DNA of 64,000 bases from an uncultured Bacilli bacterium. GTDB lineage: Bacteria; Bacillota_I; Bacilli_A; RF39; UBA660. Under the pieces are notes generated by a model, which did not search any database, was not told the origin of the DNA, and saw only the letters and a list, made by a program, of their open reading frames with translations. The stretch lies in contig CAKOPN010000001.1 in NCBI GenBank assembly GCA_934100165.1, positions 180,389-244,388 of the forward strand. The letters are read 5' to 3'. Below, piece after piece: positions 60,877 to 64,000 of this stretch (its first letter is position 1; each line of letters starts with the position of its first letter). The position numbers and the translations under genes were made by a program.

Positions 60877-62118
60877 TTAGTTATTATAAAAATAGCCAAA
60901 TATCTTGCTTGTTGTTACGTCATTATTTAGCCCTAATTCACTTTTTTTGTTTTGCATCATTTCATTTATCTCATCTTCATCTAGCATTGAAATATCCCTC
61001 TCACGTAAAGCCATTTTATTATGAAAATACTTGATTATTCCAATAGCACTAGAGAACTTATCGTTTCTAATTCCAATACTTGTAGCATTCAAAGTTGAAG
61101 AATTTATTCCCAATATGTTTTCCACTACATAGCTAAACCCCATCAATTCTGCAATACCACCTGTAACAATTATATAACTAATTTTTCTTTTTGTTAAGCT
61201 ATTTATCTCTTTTTTTGCAAGTTTTAATAGCTCTACAATTCTAGCTTCTACCACTTCTGTTATCTCATATTGGTTTATTGTTACTTTGTCTTTATCATCT
61301 GCCATAAACTCGACAGTCTCATTTATATCTGCATATCGTCTACTTGCAAGAGCAAACTTCTCTTTTAGCTCTCTTGCAGCATTTATATCGATTCCATAAA
61401 CATAGGAAATATCTTTATCTATGTTCTTACTTCCTAAGTTAATTATGCTATTTTTTATCAAGATTCCTTTATTAAAGATTGATACATCTGTTTTCTCATG
61501 TCCAATATTTATCAAAGCTCCAAATGTATTATCGGTTTCTTTATCTCTTGCTTCAAAATAATCTCCTATACAGTTAAATGTAACATCTACAACTTCTATA
61601 TTGGCATCTGCAAAAAGTTTTAAAAAGCTATACACTTGTTTTTTCGGTGCTTTTGCTAAAAGTGCCTTAACACCAAGTACACTTGATTTTGCACCGTTTG
61701 GATTAGGAGTTAATCTATCTTCATCAAGTGAAAATAATATTGGTATTATAGAAACAATTTCTTCATTTTCTTCTACTTTATCAACAGAAGCTTCTCCTAA
61801 AACAGCAGTAACATCTTCTCCTGTTACAAACTCATTATATAAATTTATAGATCCTTCTATAACAGATAGATTCCTATCATTAGATGAAACTGTTATAATT
61901 GCTTTATCAACACTAGTTCCTAGCGCTTTTTCAATTTCTTTTTTGGCTAAGTTTAAAGAGTTCAAAGCCATATCATAATCAGTGATAATACCTCTTGTAA
62001 TACCTACAGATTTAACTGAAACTGAAGCCAAAGTGTAGAATCTATCGTTTAAAAATTCGCTTGTAACAATTTTTATACTATCACTGCCAACATCTATACC
62101 TGTATATATCTTTCTCAT
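60877..62118 (-). CDS. ftsA: Cell division protein FtsA
   Basis: Actin-like fold motifs IDVGSDSIK and VTGGIAEL. Confidence 0.9.
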   Translation of the reverse strand: MRKIYTGIDVGSDSIKIVTSEFLNDRFYTLASVSVKSVGITRGIITDYDMALNSLNLAKKEIEKALGTSVDKAIITVSSNDRNLSVIEGSINLYNEFVTGEDVTAVLGEASVDKVEENEEIVSIIPILFSLDEDRLTPNPNGAKSSVLGVKALLAKAPKKQVYSFLKLFADANIEVVDVTFNCIGDYFEARDKETDNTFGALINIGHEKTDVSIFNKGILIKNSIINLGSKNIDKDISYVYGIDINAARELKEKFALASRRYADINETVEFMADDKDKVTINQYEITEVVEARIVELLKLAKKEINSLTKRKISYIIVTGGIAELMGFSYVVENILGINSSTLNATSIGIRNDKFSSAIGIIKYFHNKMALRERDISMLDEDEINEMMQNKKSELGLNNDVTTSKIFGYFYNN

Positions 62119-62490
62119 ATAACACTCCTACTGTATATAAGATATTATACTAAATGTGTGAATTAAAAACAAGGGTGGAAACATTTAAATCTCAGTTAAA
62201 TTACGATATATTGTTTAAATTCCTAGCTAGTTAACTTTTTTTGACAAAATTAACAATATATTTTCAAGAGCTCAACTAAAATTACAAATATATCATAAAC
62301 TAATATGCAAAGTAATAATAATAAAAATAATTATAAAATATGCTATCAAAATCATTTATTATAAGTATATTATATAAAAATAAATATAATCAATCAATAA
62401 TTACTTAAGGCATAATAAAAGGTTTAGCTTATTGTAAAACAATTAAACCAAACCATATTATCTACAAATTACAAGATACAGTAATATAAA

Positions 62491-63225
62491 CTACCAGCTA
62501 CCAGACCATGAAGCCACAGCATTAGTTATTGTATCATAATTATTTGCAACACTTGAATTAAGAAATATACCACCAGATTGTACAACAGAATACGATGTTG
62601 AATTTAGCAAGGAAACAGTACTAGTAGCATGAGCATAATCACCATATGCATATTGCGAATATATCATATTATTTGTATTTTTTTCAACATCAAAATAAAA
62701 AGTTTGTCTCAAAGTAGTTAAATTACCAGTAGGTAGTTTAAAAGAAGTACCAGCTCCTGAAACAAATATTTGAGGATAATTCGTTTTTGATGTATAACAA
62801 GAACCATCAGAATGGCAATAATATTGTTCAAAATATATTGTATTTGATTTTACTTTTACAGATTGTAAAAATCCAATTCCAATAATATCATAACTTCTGC
62901 AAGATGGCATTTTTTTCCAGTTAAGAACATTTTGATATCTATAGAAATTACCATTAGTAAAAATCGAAGAAGTCATGCTTTTATACGTTGTTTCTATAAC
63001 AGTAGAATCGCTTCTAAGTAATTTTATAGAAGTGTCAGCTGCATTATATTCTTCTTTGCTTATTTCAAAAGAAACTGTATCATTATACAAATTTGTTTCC
63101 ACTCTATAATATTTAGTAACCTCAGAAATCAATTTAAAATCATTTTCAAGTGCAAAAACTGTTTTTGGTACAAGTAACAAAACAAACATAATAAAACAAC
63201 ACATAAAAATTAGCTTTTTTTTCAT
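62491..63225 (-). CDS. Hypothetical secreted protein (signal peptide, several Cys)
   Basis: N-terminal signal MKKKLIFMCCFIMFVLLLVP...A. No family assignment. Confidence 0.45.
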   Translation of the reverse strand: MKKKLIFMCCFIMFVLLLVPKTVFALENDFKLISEVTKYYRVETNLYNDTVSFEISKEEYNAADTSIKLLRSDSTVIETTYKSMTSSIFTNGNFYRYQNVLNWKKMPSCRSYDIIGIGFLQSVKVKSNTIYFEQYYCHSDGSCYTSKTNYPQIFVSGAGTSFKLPTGNLTTLRQTFYFDVEKNTNNMIYSQYAYGDYAHATSTVSLLNSTSYSVVQSGGIFLNSSVANNYDTITNAVASWSGSW

Positions 63226-63278
63226 ATATTAACATTCACCCTTTCTTTATTAAATTTTTATATAAAAATATGACATCA

Positions 63279-64000
63279 TTATAAAATATGTATTTCCTTT
63301 TTCACTAAAACCGAGTCCATATAATAATCTAAACGTAATGTTAAGTTATCAACATTTGTTTTTTCATTCCTTTCACATACAAAAGTGTACCTATTTAAAA
63401 TATCATACATACTAGTTTCTTCTTCAAAATTATTTATATCGGTACACAATTCTACGTCATCAGAGTACAAACTTATCTTAAAGTAATTTGTCTTCACTTC
63501 TTTATCAGTACCTGCATTTAAATCATCATAAACAATCTTGTTAATAATAAGTTTTGTTTCTACATGATTTTTAATTAAATAACCAGACATTTTAAATTCT
63601 CCATCAATATCAATAGCTTTAAAATCCCAACTATAATATTCGTTAGCAAAAAAAACAATAATAAAAGCAATAGCTAGTATTCCAAATACATATAAAAACC
63701 TTATAATTACGTCATGCTTTGTTTGATCAGAATAAGCTTTAATAACATCAACAGTATTGTTATTACTGCAAACATCTATTTTGGTTCCATTCAATAATTC
63801 ATCAATGCTTATTTCAAACAAAGATGAGAGCGTCTTGAGCATTGTAATATCAGGGGCCACAATTCCACGCTCCCACTTTGACACAGTTTTTTCTCCGACA
63901 TAAATTATTTCGGATAATTGCTTTTGTGTATAACCTTTTTTCTTTCTTAATTCAGCAATATTTTTCCCTATCTTAAGTAACGTTGTTTTATTATTTTCCA
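63279..64000 (-). CDS. Membrane-anchored XRE-family HTH regulator (5-prime end runs off the window)
   Basis: An upstream in-frame extension encodes the HTH KIGKNIAELRKKKGYTQKQLSEIIYVGEKTVSKWERG. This is followed by a transmembrane helix and a roughly 110-aa extracytoplasmic domain. Confidence 0.55.
   Translation of the reverse strand, partial: ENNKTTLLKIGKNIAELRKKKGYTQKQLSEIIYVGEKTVSKWERGIVAPDITMLKTLSSLFEISIDELLNGTKIDVCSNNNTVDVIKAYSDQTKHDVIIRFLYVFGILAIAFIIVFFANEYYSWDFKAIDIDGEFKMSGYLIKNHVETKLIINKIVYDDLNAGTDKEVKTNYFKISLYSDDVELCTDINNFEEETSMYDILNRYTFVCERNEKTNVDNLTLRLDYYMDSVLVKKEIHIL

Overview
This is a low-GC (about 25% GC) Firmicutes-type chromosomal segment. Nearly every gene is on the minus strand. 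The backbone is housekeeping and cell-division genes: the radC-mreC-mreD region, fmt, valS, the dnaG-rpoD-trmK operon, rpmG-efp, a PBP2, lysS, pflB-pflA, rsmI, divIVA, sepF, two M16 peptidases, deoD, ftsK, ftsZ and ftsA. There are two tRNA clusters (Ile-Asn-Glu and Ser-fMet-Asp-Phe-Arg-Pro) and a single tRNA-Arg. Sporulation-type genes are scattered through the window: a SpoIVFA-like degenerate M23 protein with a SpoIVFB-like S2P protease, gerE, a GerM-like protein, a SpoIIIAH-like protein, spoVS, a SpoVID-like LysM protein and a CotS-like kinase. Together they suggest an endospore former. The features I found most unusual are listed here. (1) Two adjacent large SigA-like sigma-70 paralogs (about 500 and 536 aa) with about 200-aa N-terminal and about 100-aa C-terminal extensions, immediately downstream of the S2P protease. 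(2) A solo HerA-like (HAS-barrel plus DUF87) ATPase with its own promoter. (3) Three orphan type IV pilin-like genes, including a 553-aa pilin-like protein. (4) A membrane-anchored serpin. The ORF track missed rpmG (bL33), a 59-aa zinc-ribbon protein and a likely bL28. I found no CRISPR array, rRNA or obvious mobile element.
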